This document shows, piece by piece, positions 45,766 through 55,175 of a DNA stretch of 64,000 bases (positions within the stretch are counted from its first letter, which is position 1; the number at the start of each line of letters is the position of its first letter). The translations under genes were made by a program, and so were the position numbers. Source of the DNA: Mycobacteriales bacterium (lineage in GTDB: Bacteria; Actinomycetota; Actinomycetes; JAFAQI01); the NCBI GenBank assembly GCA_035690365.1, contig DASSKP010000028.1, positions 11,483 to 75,482 on the forward strand. Reading direction: 5' to 3'. Under the pieces are notes generated by a model. It had not been told where the DNA came from. It saw nothing but the letters and a program-made list of their open reading frames with translations, and made no database searches.

Positions 45766-46634
45766 GCGAGGAGCAGGCCGGCGGCGAGCAGCACGGCGAC
45801 GGCGAGCTCGAGCCGGCCGGTGCCGCCGAGCGCCGGGATGAGAGCGCGGCCGACTCCGCCCTGTCGCACGACGGTGACCGGCTCACGCGCCAGCGGGACG
45901 GCGAGCAGCACCACGAGTGGCCACGCCGATCTCGCTGCCAGCGGCACTCCGACGGCGGCCAGCACCAACGCGAGGGCGATGAGTCCGACGAACAGGTTGC
46001 GGGTCCGAGCCTCGCCGATCCGGACGGCGACGGTGCGCTTGCCGGCGACCGCGTCGGTCGGGACGTCCCGGAGGTTGTTGACGACGAGGATGGCGACCGC
46101 GAGCAGGCCGGTCGCGACCGCGCCGACCCAGGCGCTCGCGGGCACCTGGCGATGCTGGACGTAGGCCGACCCCGCGGTCGCGACCAGACCGAAGAAGACG
46201 AAGACGAAGACCTCGCCGAGGCCCTCCGAGGCGTAGGGCCGCGGTCCGCCGCTGTAGCCCAGCAGCGCGATGAATGAACCGAGCCCGATGAGGAGCAGCC
46301 ACCACGAGACTGCGGCAGCGAGCACGACGCCGGCGACTGCTGCGACGGCGATGGCCACGAAGACCGCCGCGAGCATCTTCGGCGGCGACACCAGGCCGTT
46401 CGCGACCGCTCGCCGCGGTCCGGCACGCTGGACGGTGTCGACGCCGCGCACACCGTCGAAGTAGTCGTTGGCGTAGTTGACCGCCACCTGGACGGCGACC
46501 GCGACCAGGAGCGCGAGCGCGAAGCGCCAGACGACCAGCCCTCCGTGCGTCGCGCCCGCCGCGGTGCCGACGAGGACGGGTGCTGCCGACGCCGGCAATG
46601 TGCGCGGACGTGCCGCCTCGACCCAGACGTTCAC
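45762..46634 (-). CDS. menA: 1,4-dihydroxy-2-naphthoate polyprenyltransferase
   Basis: It is a UbiA-family membrane protein with NYANDYFDGVRG and NNLRDVPTD Asp-rich motifs and about 8 TM segments. Confidence 0.9.
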   Translation of the reverse strand: MNVWVEAARPRTLPASAAPVLVGTAAGATHGGLVVWRFALALLVAVAVQVAVNYANDYFDGVRGVDTVQRAGPRRAVANGLVSPPKMLAAVFVAIAVAAVAGVVLAAAVSWWLLLIGLGSFIALLGYSGGPRPYASEGLGEVFVFVFFGLVATAGSAYVQHRQVPASAWVGAVATGLLAVAILVVNNLRDVPTDAVAGKRTVAVRIGEARTRNLFVGLIALALVLAAVGVPLAARSAWPLVVLLAVPLAREPVTVVRQGGVGRALIPALGGTGRLELAVAVLLAAGLLLA

Positions 46635-46656
46635 GGTCCGGCGCCGCCTCCTCGTT

Positions 46657-47916
46657 GTGCGGATTCGCGATGTTCCTACTGTCGTAAGCGTGCCAGCCGG
46701 GTCCGCTCGTCACCTCGTCGCCCTGTCGTTGCCGCCGGGGGAGCAGTTCGTCGAGGTCGCTGAAGCCGTCTGGGCCGACGGTGGCGCGATCCTTCCCCTC
46801 GACCCGGATGCGCCGCAGGACGTCGTACGACGGCTGATCGACGAGCTGCGTCCTCATGCGATCGTCGACGCAGCCGGTGAGCATCAGCTGCCGTCCGGCG
46901 TGGACGTCGACGGCGACCTCGCCGTCGTGATCGCCACGTCCGGGTCGACCGGCCTCCCCAAAGGCGCCGAGCTGTCGCGCAGTGCACTCGAGGCGTCGGC
47001 GGACGCGACCGCGCAACGACTCGGTCGGGACTCCTCGGACAGGTGGTTGTCCTGCCTTCCCTGGCAGCACATCGGCGGTCTTCAGGTCTGGCTGCGGGCC
47101 CGGTCGGCCGGCGTGCCCCTGGAGGTGCAGCCGCGCTTCGATGTCGACGCGGTGGCCGCGACGCGGGCAACGCTGGTCTCTCTCGTGCCGACCCAGCTCA
47201 CCCGGCTGCTCGACGCCGGGGTCGACCTCAGCCGGTTCCGCGTGATCCTGCTCGGGGGAGCGGCGGCACCGGCGGCGTTGCTCGAGCGAGCCCGTGCCGC
47301 TGGCGGGCAGGTGGTGACGACCTACGGGATGAGCGAGACCTGTGGTGGGTGCGTCTACGACGGAGTGTCGTTGCCGGGCGTCGAGGTCGTGACCGCCGCC
47401 GACGACGGCCGGATTCGCATCCGTGGGCCGGTCCTGATGAACGGCTACCGCCTGCGTCCGGACCTCACGGAAGAGGTGCTCGTCGAAGGCTGGCTTGCGA
47501 CTCAGGACATCGGGAAGTTCGAGAACGGCCGCCTCGTCGTGCAGGGACGTCTCGACGACGTCATCGTGAGCGGCGGCGAGAACATCGCCGGCAGTGCGGT
47601 GGCCGAGGTGTTGAGCGGACATCCCGATGTCCGCGAGGTCGAGGTCACGGGAGTGCCGGACGAGGAGTGGGGCGAACGGCTCGTGGCCGTCGTCGTCGCC
47701 GGTGAGCGCGCTCCGACTCTCGAGGATCTGCGTCGCTGGGTCACCGCGCACGTCGGTAGCCGGGCGGCTCCCCGTGCGCTGGTGCTGGTGCCGCACATTC
47801 CACGGCTCAGCTCAGGCAAGGCGGACCGGCTGGCGGTCCGCGCGCTGGCTCAGGAGTCCTCTGTCGGCTCCGAGGGGTACGGGAGCCAGTCGGCTTCGCC
47901 ACCCTCGATCTCGTAG
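46657..47916 (+). CDS. menE: o-Succinylbenzoate--CoA ligase
   Basis: The adenylate-forming motifs are IATSGSTGLPKG, TYGMSET, GDIG-like TQDIGKF and SGKADR. The gene is divergent from menA. The start (GTG 46657 or 46690) is uncertain. Confidence 0.8.
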   Translation: MRIRDVPTVVSVPAGSARHLVALSLPPGEQFVEVAEAVWADGGAILPLDPDAPQDVVRRLIDELRPHAIVDAAGEHQLPSGVDVDGDLAVVIATSGSTGLPKGAELSRSALEASADATAQRLGRDSSDRWLSCLPWQHIGGLQVWLRARSAGVPLEVQPRFDVDAVAATRATLVSLVPTQLTRLLDAGVDLSRFRVILLGGAAAPAALLERARAAGGQVVTTYGMSETCGGCVYDGVSLPGVEVVTAADDGRIRIRGPVLMNGYRLRPDLTEEVLVEGWLATQDIGKFENGRLVVQGRLDDVIVSGGENIAGSAVAEVLSGHPDVREVEVTGVPDEEWGERLVAVVVAGERAPTLEDLRRWVTAHVGSRAAPRALVLVPHIPRLSSGKADRLAVRALAQESSVGSEGYGSQSASPPSIS

Positions 47917-48014
47917 ATCTGCTCGGCGTCCGGCGGCTCGGCGATGTCCACGAGAAGTGTCACCGGAACCCCATCACGAAGTAGACGCATCACGGGTTCT
48001 TGCTGACCCATCAT
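47850..48014 (-). CDS. Small acidic hypothetical protein (53-54 aa), below the ORF-track size cutoff
   Basis: My own translation is MMGQQEPVMRLLRDGVPVTLLVDIAEPPDAEQIYEIEGGEADWLPYPSEPTEDS. A GGAGG lies 2 nt and 5 nt upstream of the tandem ATGs. Third-position GC is high. The ORF overlaps the 3' end of menE convergently. Confidence 0.45.
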   Translation of the reverse strand: MMGQQEPVMRLLRDGVPVTLLVDIAEPPDAEQIYEIEGGEADWLPYPSEPTEDS

Positions 48015-48105
48015 GACCTCCGACCATCCCCCGCACTATTTGCTTCGGTCTGTGCCTGCGCGGGCTGGATGGGCCGAAGTAGTGAACGTGAGGTTTGTCC
48101 GGTTA

Positions 48106-49434
48106 TCAGGCGACTGGGCGGCCGAGTGCGCGGTAGTGCCAGCCGGCGGCTCGCCAGAGGCCCGCGTCGAGGGCGTTGCGCCCATCGACGATGTAGCGCC
48201 GGTTGACCACCTCACCCAGAACGTGCGGGTCCATGTCGCGGAACTCCCGCCACTCGGTCAGGTGCAGGACCACGTCGGCATCGCGCGCCGCGTCGAGCGC
48301 CGACGTGGCGTAGTGCAGGTCCGGGTAGTCACGCCGAGCGTTGTCGAGCGCGGCGGGGTCGTAGACGGTCACCTTCGCACCCGCCAGCGCGATGCGGGAC
48401 GCGACGTCGAGTGCGGGGGAGTCGCGGATGTCGTCGCTGTTGGGCTTGAACGCAGCCCCGAGAACGCCGACGCGGCGGCCGATCAACGAGTCGTCGAGGG
48501 CCTCACGCGCGAGGTCGACCATGCGGCTTCGCCTGCGCTGGTTGATCGCGTCGACCTCGCGGAGGAACGACAGCGCCTGGTCGACACCGAGCTCACCTGC
48601 GCGCGCCATGAAGGCGCGGATGTCCTTCGGCAGGCAACCGCCACCGAAACCGAGCCCGGCGTGCAGGAACCGGCCGCCGATGCGGCTGTCGTAGGACAGC
48701 GCCTCGGAGAGCTTCTTGACGTCGCCGTGCACGGTCTCGCAGACCTCGGCCATGGCGTTGATGAACGAGATCTTCGTGGCGAGGAACGCGTTGGCGGCGA
48801 CCTTGACGAGCTGCGCCGTCGCGAAGTCGGTGACCACGAGCGGCACACCGGCATCGATCAGTGGTGCGTAGACCTCGCGCATGGCCGTCTCGCCGCGTTC
48901 GGACTCGATACCGACAACGAGCCGGTCGGGGTGCAGCGTGTCCTCGATCGCCCAGCCCTCACGCAGGAACTCCGGGTTCCACACCAGCTCGACATCACGG
49001 CCCGCCGGTGCGTTGTCGTCCAGGTAGCTGCGGATGCGTTCCGCGGTGCCCACCGGCACCGTCGACTTGCCGACGACGACCGACGGCCGGTCGAGGTGTG
49101 GCGCGAGCGAGGCGACCGACGCGTCGACATAGCTCATGTCGGCGGCGTACTCGCCCTTCTTCTGCGGCGTCCCGACACACAGGAAGTGCACGTCGGTGTC
49201 GGCGGCGAGCTCGTCGTAGGACGTCGTGAACCGCACCCGCCCCGCGTCGAGGTTCTTGCGCAGCATCTCCTCGAGCCCCGGCTCGAAGAACGGCACCTCA
49301 CCGGCGTTGAGACGGGCAACCTTCGACTCGTCGACGTCGAGGCCGATGACGTCGTAGCCGATCTCGGCCATGCAGACGGCGTGCGTGGCGCCGAGATAAC
49401 CGGTGCCGATGACGGACAGCCGAGGCTTGGTCAT
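48106..49434 (-). CDS. ugd: UDP-glucose 6-dehydrogenase (UDP-glucose/GDP-mannose dehydrogenase family)
   Basis: The motifs are an N-terminal GTGYLGATHA Rossmann loop, GFGGGCLPKD with the catalytic Cys, and a C-terminal UDP-binding domain. Confidence 0.9.
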   Translation of the reverse strand: MTKPRLSVIGTGYLGATHAVCMAEIGYDVIGLDVDESKVARLNAGEVPFFEPGLEEMLRKNLDAGRVRFTTSYDELAADTDVHFLCVGTPQKKGEYAADMSYVDASVASLAPHLDRPSVVVGKSTVPVGTAERIRSYLDDNAPAGRDVELVWNPEFLREGWAIEDTLHPDRLVVGIESERGETAMREVYAPLIDAGVPLVVTDFATAQLVKVAANAFLATKISFINAMAEVCETVHGDVKKLSEALSYDSRIGGRFLHAGLGFGGGCLPKDIRAFMARAGELGVDQALSFLREVDAINQRRRSRMVDLAREALDDSLIGRRVGVLGAAFKPNSDDIRDSPALDVASRIALAGAKVTVYDPAALDNARRDYPDLHYATSALDAARDADVVLHLTEWREFRDMDPHVLGEVVNRRYIVDGRNALDAGLWRAAGWHYRALGRPVA

Positions 49435-49467
49435 CCGGTAATGCTAGGCACCGCCTAGAATTCTGCT

Positions 49468-50637
49468 GTGAACCCGACGTTCGACACCTTCGTCCTGCCC
49501 GAGGAGCACCAGCTCCTGCGCAAGACCGTCCGCGAGCTCGCCGACGACAAGATCGCCCCTCGCGCCGCCGAGATCGACGAGACCAGTGAGTTCCCGTGGG
49601 ACGTGCACGACGCCCTGGTCGCTGCTGACCTGCACGCGGTGCACGTGCCCGAGCAGTACGGCGGCATCGGAGCCGATGCCATTGCCTCGGCCATCGTCAT
49701 TGAAGAGATCGCCCGGGCGTGCTGCGCGTCCTCGCTGATCCCCGCGGTCAACAAGCTCGGCACGATGGGTCTGATGCTCGCCGGCAACGAGGAGCTGAAG
49801 CAGCACTACCTCGGCAAGCTGGCCCGCGGCGAAGGCATGTTCAGCTACTGCCTGTCGGAGCCGGAGGCCGGGTCCGACGCCGCCAACATGAAGACCAAGG
49901 CCGTCCGCGATGGTGACGCCTTCGTCCTCAACGGCACCAAGCGCTGGATCACCAACGCGGGGGTGTCGGAGTTCTACACCGTCATGGCGGTGACTGATGC
50001 CGACGCGGGAGCGCGTGGCATCTCCGCCTTCGTCGTCGAGAAGTCCGACGAGGGAGTGTCGTTCGGCGCACCCGAGAAGAAGATGGGCATCAAGGGTTCT
50101 CCCACCCGCGAGGTCTACTTCGACAACGTGCGCATCCCCGCCGACCGGATGATCGGCGAGGAAGGCACCGGCTTCAAGACCGCGTTGCGCACGCTCGACC
50201 ACACCCGCTTGACCATCGGCGCGCAGGCGCTGGGTGTCGCGCAAGGCGCCGTCGACTACTGCATCCGTTACGTGCAGGAGCGCAAGCAGTTCGGCAAGCC
50301 GATCGCGGAGTTTCAGGGCGTGTCGTTCATGTTGGCCGACATGGCGATGAAGACCGAGGCCGCGCGTGCACTCATCTACACCGCTGCGGCGATGGCCGAG
50401 CGGATGGATCCGCAGCTGACCTTCATGTCGGCGGCGGCCAAGTGCTTCGCCAGCGACGTCGCGATGGAGGTCACCACCAATGGTGTCCAGCTGCTCGGTG
50501 GCTACGGCTACACGCGCGACTACCCGCTCGAGCGGATGATGCGCGACGCGAAGATCACCCAGATCTACGAGGGCACCAACCAGATCCAGCGACTCGTCAT
50601 GTCCCGCAACCTGCTCAAGGCCAACCCCGTCCGCTAG
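49468..50637 (+). CDS. Acyl-CoA dehydrogenase (short/medium-chain type)
   Basis: The motifs are CLSEPEAGSDAA, RWITNAG and LGGYGYTRDYPLERMMRDAKITQIYEGTNQIQ. Confidence 0.9.
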   Translation: MNPTFDTFVLPEEHQLLRKTVRELADDKIAPRAAEIDETSEFPWDVHDALVAADLHAVHVPEQYGGIGADAIASAIVIEEIARACCASSLIPAVNKLGTMGLMLAGNEELKQHYLGKLARGEGMFSYCLSEPEAGSDAANMKTKAVRDGDAFVLNGTKRWITNAGVSEFYTVMAVTDADAGARGISAFVVEKSDEGVSFGAPEKKMGIKGSPTREVYFDNVRIPADRMIGEEGTGFKTALRTLDHTRLTIGAQALGVAQGAVDYCIRYVQERKQFGKPIAEFQGVSFMLADMAMKTEAARALIYTAAAMAERMDPQLTFMSAAAKCFASDVAMEVTTNGVQLLGGYGYTRDYPLERMMRDAKITQIYEGTNQIQRLVMSRNLLKANPVR

Positions 50638-50700
50638 CCGGCCGCGTCTGGGGTCAGCGGCAGCCGATGCGTCGCGCGCTGGCGACGGCGGCTTCGTCAC

Positions 50701-51216
50701 TCATCGCGCGGACGGTGTCACCACGAACACGGGGTGGTCCGCTGCGATCGCGCGAATCTCGGTGTCGGTCGACGTTGCGCCGACGCCGTTGAAGAAGATG
50801 CCGACCTCGGCTTTCCATCGCCGGAGGTAGGCGCGCAGGATCTCGACCTTGGCATCGTCCGGGATCTCCGTCGCCGCGAACGTCTCGACGCGTCGACCGA
50901 GACGCAGCCGTCCATCGCCGGCCACGCGCAGGTTGCGCACCCATTGCGTCACACCTCGTGGTGCGACGAGGTAGCGCGTCCCGTCGAGGGTCAACAGGTT
51001 GACCGGTGTCGCTCGCCACTCGCCGCTCTTCCGGCCGCGCACCTCGAGGACGCGAGACCCCCACACACTCAGCCCGGCGCGGGTCGCCAGGCTGACGATC
51101 CGGTTGAAGACGTTGCGCGTGAACCAGCCCGGTCGCACGTATCGCTCGGCCGACTCTGTCGTCACTGCTCCCTGCTTCCCGGGCGCCGCGTCGAGGCGCT
51201 CCAACGCGGCCATCAT
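50701..51216 (-). CDS. Deazaflavin (F420H2)-dependent nitroreductase/quinone reductase family protein (Ddn-like)
   Basis: The motifs are GRKSGEWRATPVNLLTLDGTRYLVAPRGVTQWVRNL and a C-terminal HPVFVV. The start was taken at MMAALERL and could instead be 51264. Confidence 0.75.
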   Translation of the reverse strand: MMAALERLDAAPGKQGAVTTESAERYVRPGWFTRNVFNRIVSLATRAGLSVWGSRVLEVRGRKSGEWRATPVNLLTLDGTRYLVAPRGVTQWVRNLRVAGDGRLRLGRRVETFAATEIPDDAKVEILRAYLRRWKAEVGIFFNGVGATSTDTEIRAIAADHPVFVVTPSAR

Positions 51217-51248
51217 GCTCTCCCGCAACCGCCGGCCGTTGCTGACGC

Positions 51249-52496
51249 GTGGAGGGCCTTCCACTCACCCGCAGGCCACAACTGCCCACGGAGCCGGATT
51301 TCTCCGGAAACGGACACACCGGCACGATCCGGCGGCGCACACTGGAAGACGTGCGCGGGGACCAGCTCATCGCTCTGGCTGCCGCCGTCGTCCTCGGCGG
51401 CGGCGTGGCCGTCGCTGCCACGACGACGCGCACCGACCGGCCGGCCGCCGCGCCTGGCGCGCGCCCTGCGGCGGTCACGACCAGCCCGCCCCCGCCGGCG
51501 ACGACGTCACCGGCCGCCACCGCGCGCTCACCCCGACCGGCGGCGCCCCGTCCCAAGCCTCGGCCCTCGGCCAAGCCGGTCGCCACACGTCCGCTGTTCC
51601 CGCTGCCGGCGCCCGCGGCCTACCCGCACCCCTGCCCGCCGCCGCCGATCCCGCCCGGCCCTCCGTTCCATGCGCCGAAGCCGTCGGTGAAGACCGCCAA
51701 CCTGCCCACACCGGTCGCTGTCCGCGCTCACCACCTCCGCGTCGACCCGATGCGCGGCAAAGGAATGTGGCTCACGACCTGGGCGGACACCCACATCGAC
51801 CTCTCGCGCGTCGTCGCCCAGGCCCGGGCGGCCGGACTTCACCAGCTGTGGATCCGCACCGGTGGAAGCACCTCGGGCTGGTACGGCGCCAGGTTCCTCG
51901 ACCGGCTTCTGCCCCAGGCTCACCGGGCGGGTCTCAAGGTCATCGCCTGGGACTTCCCGACGCTGTCCGACCCGGTTGCCGACGCGCAACGCGCCGCCCT
52001 CGTCACCCGGGGCACGTTCGCCGGCGAGAAGGTCGACGGCTTCAGCCCGGACATCGAGGAGATCTACGAGGGCACGTTCGACACCCCCCGACGGGTCGCG
52101 GTCTACCTCTCTCGGGTCCGGCGTGACGCCGGGGACCTTCCGATCGTCGCGACGGTGCTGCGGCCGCTCGACGGCAACCTGTCCACGCGGCCCTACCGTG
52201 CGATGGCGCCGTACGTCGACGCGTTCGCGCCGATGGTCTACTGGTCGTGCACCGAGCCCGGTGCCGCAGCGTTGAGTGCCCTGCGACCACTGTCGCGGCT
52301 GCGTCCCGTGCACCTGATCGGGCAGTCCTACGACATGGGTCCCGAAGGCGGCCGGCACGGCATGCCGACCGCGCGGGAGATCTGGCGCTTCCTCGACGTC
52401 GCCAAGCGGGCGGGCGCTCTTGGCGCGAGCCTCTACGTCTACGACCAGACCGGTGCTGCGCAATGGCGTGCGCTCGGTGGCTATCCCTGGCGGTGA
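51249..52496 (+). CDS. Membrane-anchored protein with a Pro-rich linker and a C-terminal glycoside-hydrolase-like (TIM barrel) domain
   Basis: A single TM segment (LIALAAAVVLGGGVAVAA) is followed by a Pro/Ala-rich region of about 110 aa. The C-terminal domain of about 250 aa has an alternating beta/alpha pattern (GMWLTTW, KVIAWDF, GFSPDIEE). The family assignment is tentative. An alternative start lies at GTG 51351. Confidence 0.45.
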   Translation: MEGLPLTRRPQLPTEPDFSGNGHTGTIRRRTLEDVRGDQLIALAAAVVLGGGVAVAATTTRTDRPAAAPGARPAAVTTSPPPPATTSPAATARSPRPAAPRPKPRPSAKPVATRPLFPLPAPAAYPHPCPPPPIPPGPPFHAPKPSVKTANLPTPVAVRAHHLRVDPMRGKGMWLTTWADTHIDLSRVVAQARAAGLHQLWIRTGGSTSGWYGARFLDRLLPQAHRAGLKVIAWDFPTLSDPVADAQRAALVTRGTFAGEKVDGFSPDIEEIYEGTFDTPRRVAVYLSRVRRDAGDLPIVATVLRPLDGNLSTRPYRAMAPYVDAFAPMVYWSCTEPGAAALSALRPLSRLRPVHLIGQSYDMGPEGGRHGMPTAREIWRFLDVAKRAGALGASLYVYDQTGAAQWRALGGYPWR

Positions 52497-52509
52497 CTAC
52501 CCTGCGCGC

Positions 52510-54462
52510 ATGACGCAGGAAGGCGAGCTGCTCTGGACGCCATCGGCGAAGTGGCGCGAGAACGCGCGCGTCACGCACCTCATGCAGTGGCTGGCGGCCA
52601 ACCGCGCGCACACCTTCACCACCTACGACGAGCTCTGGCGATGGTCGGTCGACGACCTCGAGGGGTTCTGGTCCGGCATCGCCGAGTGGCTGCGGATCCG
52701 CTGGCAGCAGCCCTCCCAGCGCGCGCTCGGCGACGCCGCCATGCCGGGCGCCGAGTGGTTTCCCGGTGGGCGGCTCAACTACGCGGAGCACGTGCTCTAC
52801 CCGGCCGGCGCCTCGACGGACAAGGACGAGGTCGCGGTCGTCTTCGCGCGCGAGGACGGGCTTCGCCGGACGCTGACATGGCGCGAGCTCCGGACGCAGG
52901 TCGCCGCCGTGCGGGCATGGCTCGTGAGCCACGGCGTCGGGGAGGGCGACCGGGTGGCGGCGCTGCTGCCGAACTGTCCCGAGGCGCTCGTCGCCATGCT
53001 CGCGACGACCTCGCTGGGCGCGATCTGGTCGTCGTGCTCGCCGGACTTCGGGCCGCGCGCCATCGCCGACCGTTTCACGCAGATCGAGCCCGTCGTTCTC
53101 TTCGCCGTCGACGGCTACCACTACGGCGGCAAAGCGGTGGACGTCATGCCCACCTTGCGCGCGTTGCACGGCGATCTGCCGACCGTCCGGGCCGTCGTCC
53201 TGCTGTCCTACCTGTCACCGGCCGCGTCGATGGAGGAGTCGGTCAGCTGGGAGTCGGTGCTGACCACGCCGGGCGAGCTGGCGTTCACCTACGTGCCGTT
53301 CGACGCGCCGCTGTGGATCCTCTACTCCTCCGGCACCACCGGACTGCCGAAGCCGATCGTGCACGGGCACGGCGGCATCCTGCTGGAGCACGTCAAACAG
53401 CTTGCGCTGCATCTCGATCTCGGGCCGGGCGATCGCTTCTTCTGGTTCAGCACGACCGGCTGGATGATGTGGAACCTGCTGGTCTCCGGTCTCGCCGTCG
53501 GGTCCGCGATCGTGCTGTACGACGGCAACCCCGCCTATCCGGGGCCGGACGCCTTGTGGCGGCTCGCCGAAGAGGTGGGCATCACGTCGTTCGGCGTCTC
53601 GGCGCCGTACATCCAGGCGTGCATGAAGGCCGATCTGCACCCCGGTCGTGACTTCGACCTCACCGCACTGCGGTCGGTCGGGTCGACGGGCGCGCCACTC
53701 GCGCCCGAGGGCTTCGCCTGGATCTACGACGAGGTCGGTGGCGACGTGATGCTGTCGTCGCTGTCCGGCGGCACCGATGTGTGCACGGCGTTCGTCGGCG
53801 GCGTCCCGTTGCTGCCGGTGCGGGCGGGTGAGATCCCTTGCCGGCTGCTGGGATGCAGGGTGGAGGCGTACGACGACCATGCGCACGCCGTCGTGGGGGA
53901 GGTCGGTGAGCTCGTCATCACCGCGCCGATGCCGTCGATGCCGGTCATGTTCTGGAACGACCCCGACAGGGCGCGTCTGCGCGAGGCCTACTTCGAGACC
54001 TACCCGGGCGTGTGGCGTCATGGTGACTGGATCAAGTTCACCGACGAGGGTTCGTGCGTCATCTACGGCCGTTCCGACTCGACCCTCAACCGTGGCGGCG
54101 TGCGGATGGGCACCAGCGAGTTCTACCGCGTCGTCGAGGAGCTCGCCGACGTCGAGGACTCGCTCGTCATCGACACCAGCGCCGCCGGCGTCGAGGGGCG
54201 GCTGCTGCTCTTCGTGGTGTTGCGTGAGGGCGCATCGCTCGACGACGTCAGCACCGAGCTGAGGCAACGCATTCGCTCACAGCTGTCGCCGCGTCACGTG
54301 CCGGACGAGATCACTGCGATCCCTGAGGTGCCGCGCACCCTCAACGGAAAGAAGTGCGAGGTACCCGTGAAGCGCGTCCTCGCGGGCGTCCCTCTGGAGA
54401 AGGCCGTCAGTGAAGGGGCGCTCAAGAACCCCGCGTCGATGCAGCCGTTCCTCGCCGGTTAG
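52510..54462 (+). CDS. Acetoacetate--CoA ligase (acetoacetyl-CoA synthetase)
   Basis: The N-terminus LWTPS......THLMQWL and the motifs WFPGGRLNYAEH, YSSGTTGLPKPIVH and a C-terminal NGKK.EVPVKR are typical of AACS. Confidence 0.9.
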   Translation: MTQEGELLWTPSAKWRENARVTHLMQWLAANRAHTFTTYDELWRWSVDDLEGFWSGIAEWLRIRWQQPSQRALGDAAMPGAEWFPGGRLNYAEHVLYPAGASTDKDEVAVVFAREDGLRRTLTWRELRTQVAAVRAWLVSHGVGEGDRVAALLPNCPEALVAMLATTSLGAIWSSCSPDFGPRAIADRFTQIEPVVLFAVDGYHYGGKAVDVMPTLRALHGDLPTVRAVVLLSYLSPAASMEESVSWESVLTTPGELAFTYVPFDAPLWILYSSGTTGLPKPIVHGHGGILLEHVKQLALHLDLGPGDRFFWFSTTGWMMWNLLVSGLAVGSAIVLYDGNPAYPGPDALWRLAEEVGITSFGVSAPYIQACMKADLHPGRDFDLTALRSVGSTGAPLAPEGFAWIYDEVGGDVMLSSLSGGTDVCTAFVGGVPLLPVRAGEIPCRLLGCRVEAYDDHAHAVVGEVGELVITAPMPSMPVMFWNDPDRARLREAYFETYPGVWRHGDWIKFTDEGSCVIYGRSDSTLNRGGVRMGTSEFYRVVEELADVEDSLVIDTSAAGVEGRLLLFVVLREGASLDDVSTELRQRIRSQLSPRHVPDEITAIPEVPRTLNGKKCEVPVKRVLAGVPLEKAVSEGALKNPASMQPFLAG

Positions 54463-55151
54463 TCGAGGCGTACGACGTCCGGCACCGCAACACCCGCGGT
54501 GTGCGTGACGTGCTCCGTCGCGCAGCGCTCGGCGAGCCTCGCCTCGTCGGCGTGGCTGACGAGCACCACTGATGCGCCTCCGGCGAGCGGCGCCAGAAGT
54601 CCCGCGTCGATGCCGTCCACCGTGTCGAGACCCATCGTCGTCAGCACCCGCGCGGTCCGGTCGATCAGATGGTGGGTGGCTGCGTGCGCCGCCGCCTCGC
54701 CGAGCGCGTCATGAGTCCATTCGCGCGCGCCGCTGCGCAGGGCGGGCGCGTCGCCGGCCACCGGCACGACGGGAACGAAGTGATCGGGCTGCGCAGCGAC
54801 CAGCCGCGACAGTCCGGCGCCCATCGGGTCGGGTTCGACGACGACATCGCTCCCCGTCGATGCGCCGATCGTCATGTCGCCCTCGGCATCGAGCGCGACC
54901 GCGCCCCCGCACGACCACACCGCGAGCAGCACGCAGGCCGTCTGCCAGTGCAGTGGCAGGTCGACATTGACGATGACGCCGGGTTCGACCTCGTGCTCGT
55001 CGGCGAGAAGTCCCGCGATCTTCGCGACCCAGTTGGCGGTCGTGGCAACCGACAGCTCGACGCGCGCGCCCGCGCTGTCGTCGTACCAGGTCAGCAGTGG
55101 CCGGGCACCGTCGTGGGACAGCTCACGGCGTAGCAGGTCGCTCGGCGTCAC
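54459..55151 (-). CDS. Actinobacterial conserved protein distantly related to AMP-dependent ligases (I believe this is the family named TIGR03089)
   Basis: The 230 aa product has the N-terminus LTWYDD..G.RVELS..T.ANWV.K.A.LL, resembling the substrate-binding half of adenylate-forming enzymes but without the P-loop. Confidence 0.55.
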   Translation of the reverse strand: MTPSDLLRRELSHDGARPLLTWYDDSAGARVELSVATTANWVAKIAGLLADEHEVEPGVIVNVDLPLHWQTACVLLAVWSCGGAVALDAEGDMTIGASTGSDVVVEPDPMGAGLSRLVAAQPDHFVPVVPVAGDAPALRSGAREWTHDALGEAAAHAATHHLIDRTARVLTTMGLDTVDGIDAGLLAPLAGGASVVLVSHADEARLAERCATEHVTHTAGVAVPDVVRLD

Positions 55152-55175
55152 GGCAGCCAGTCTGCCCTGCCGTCG

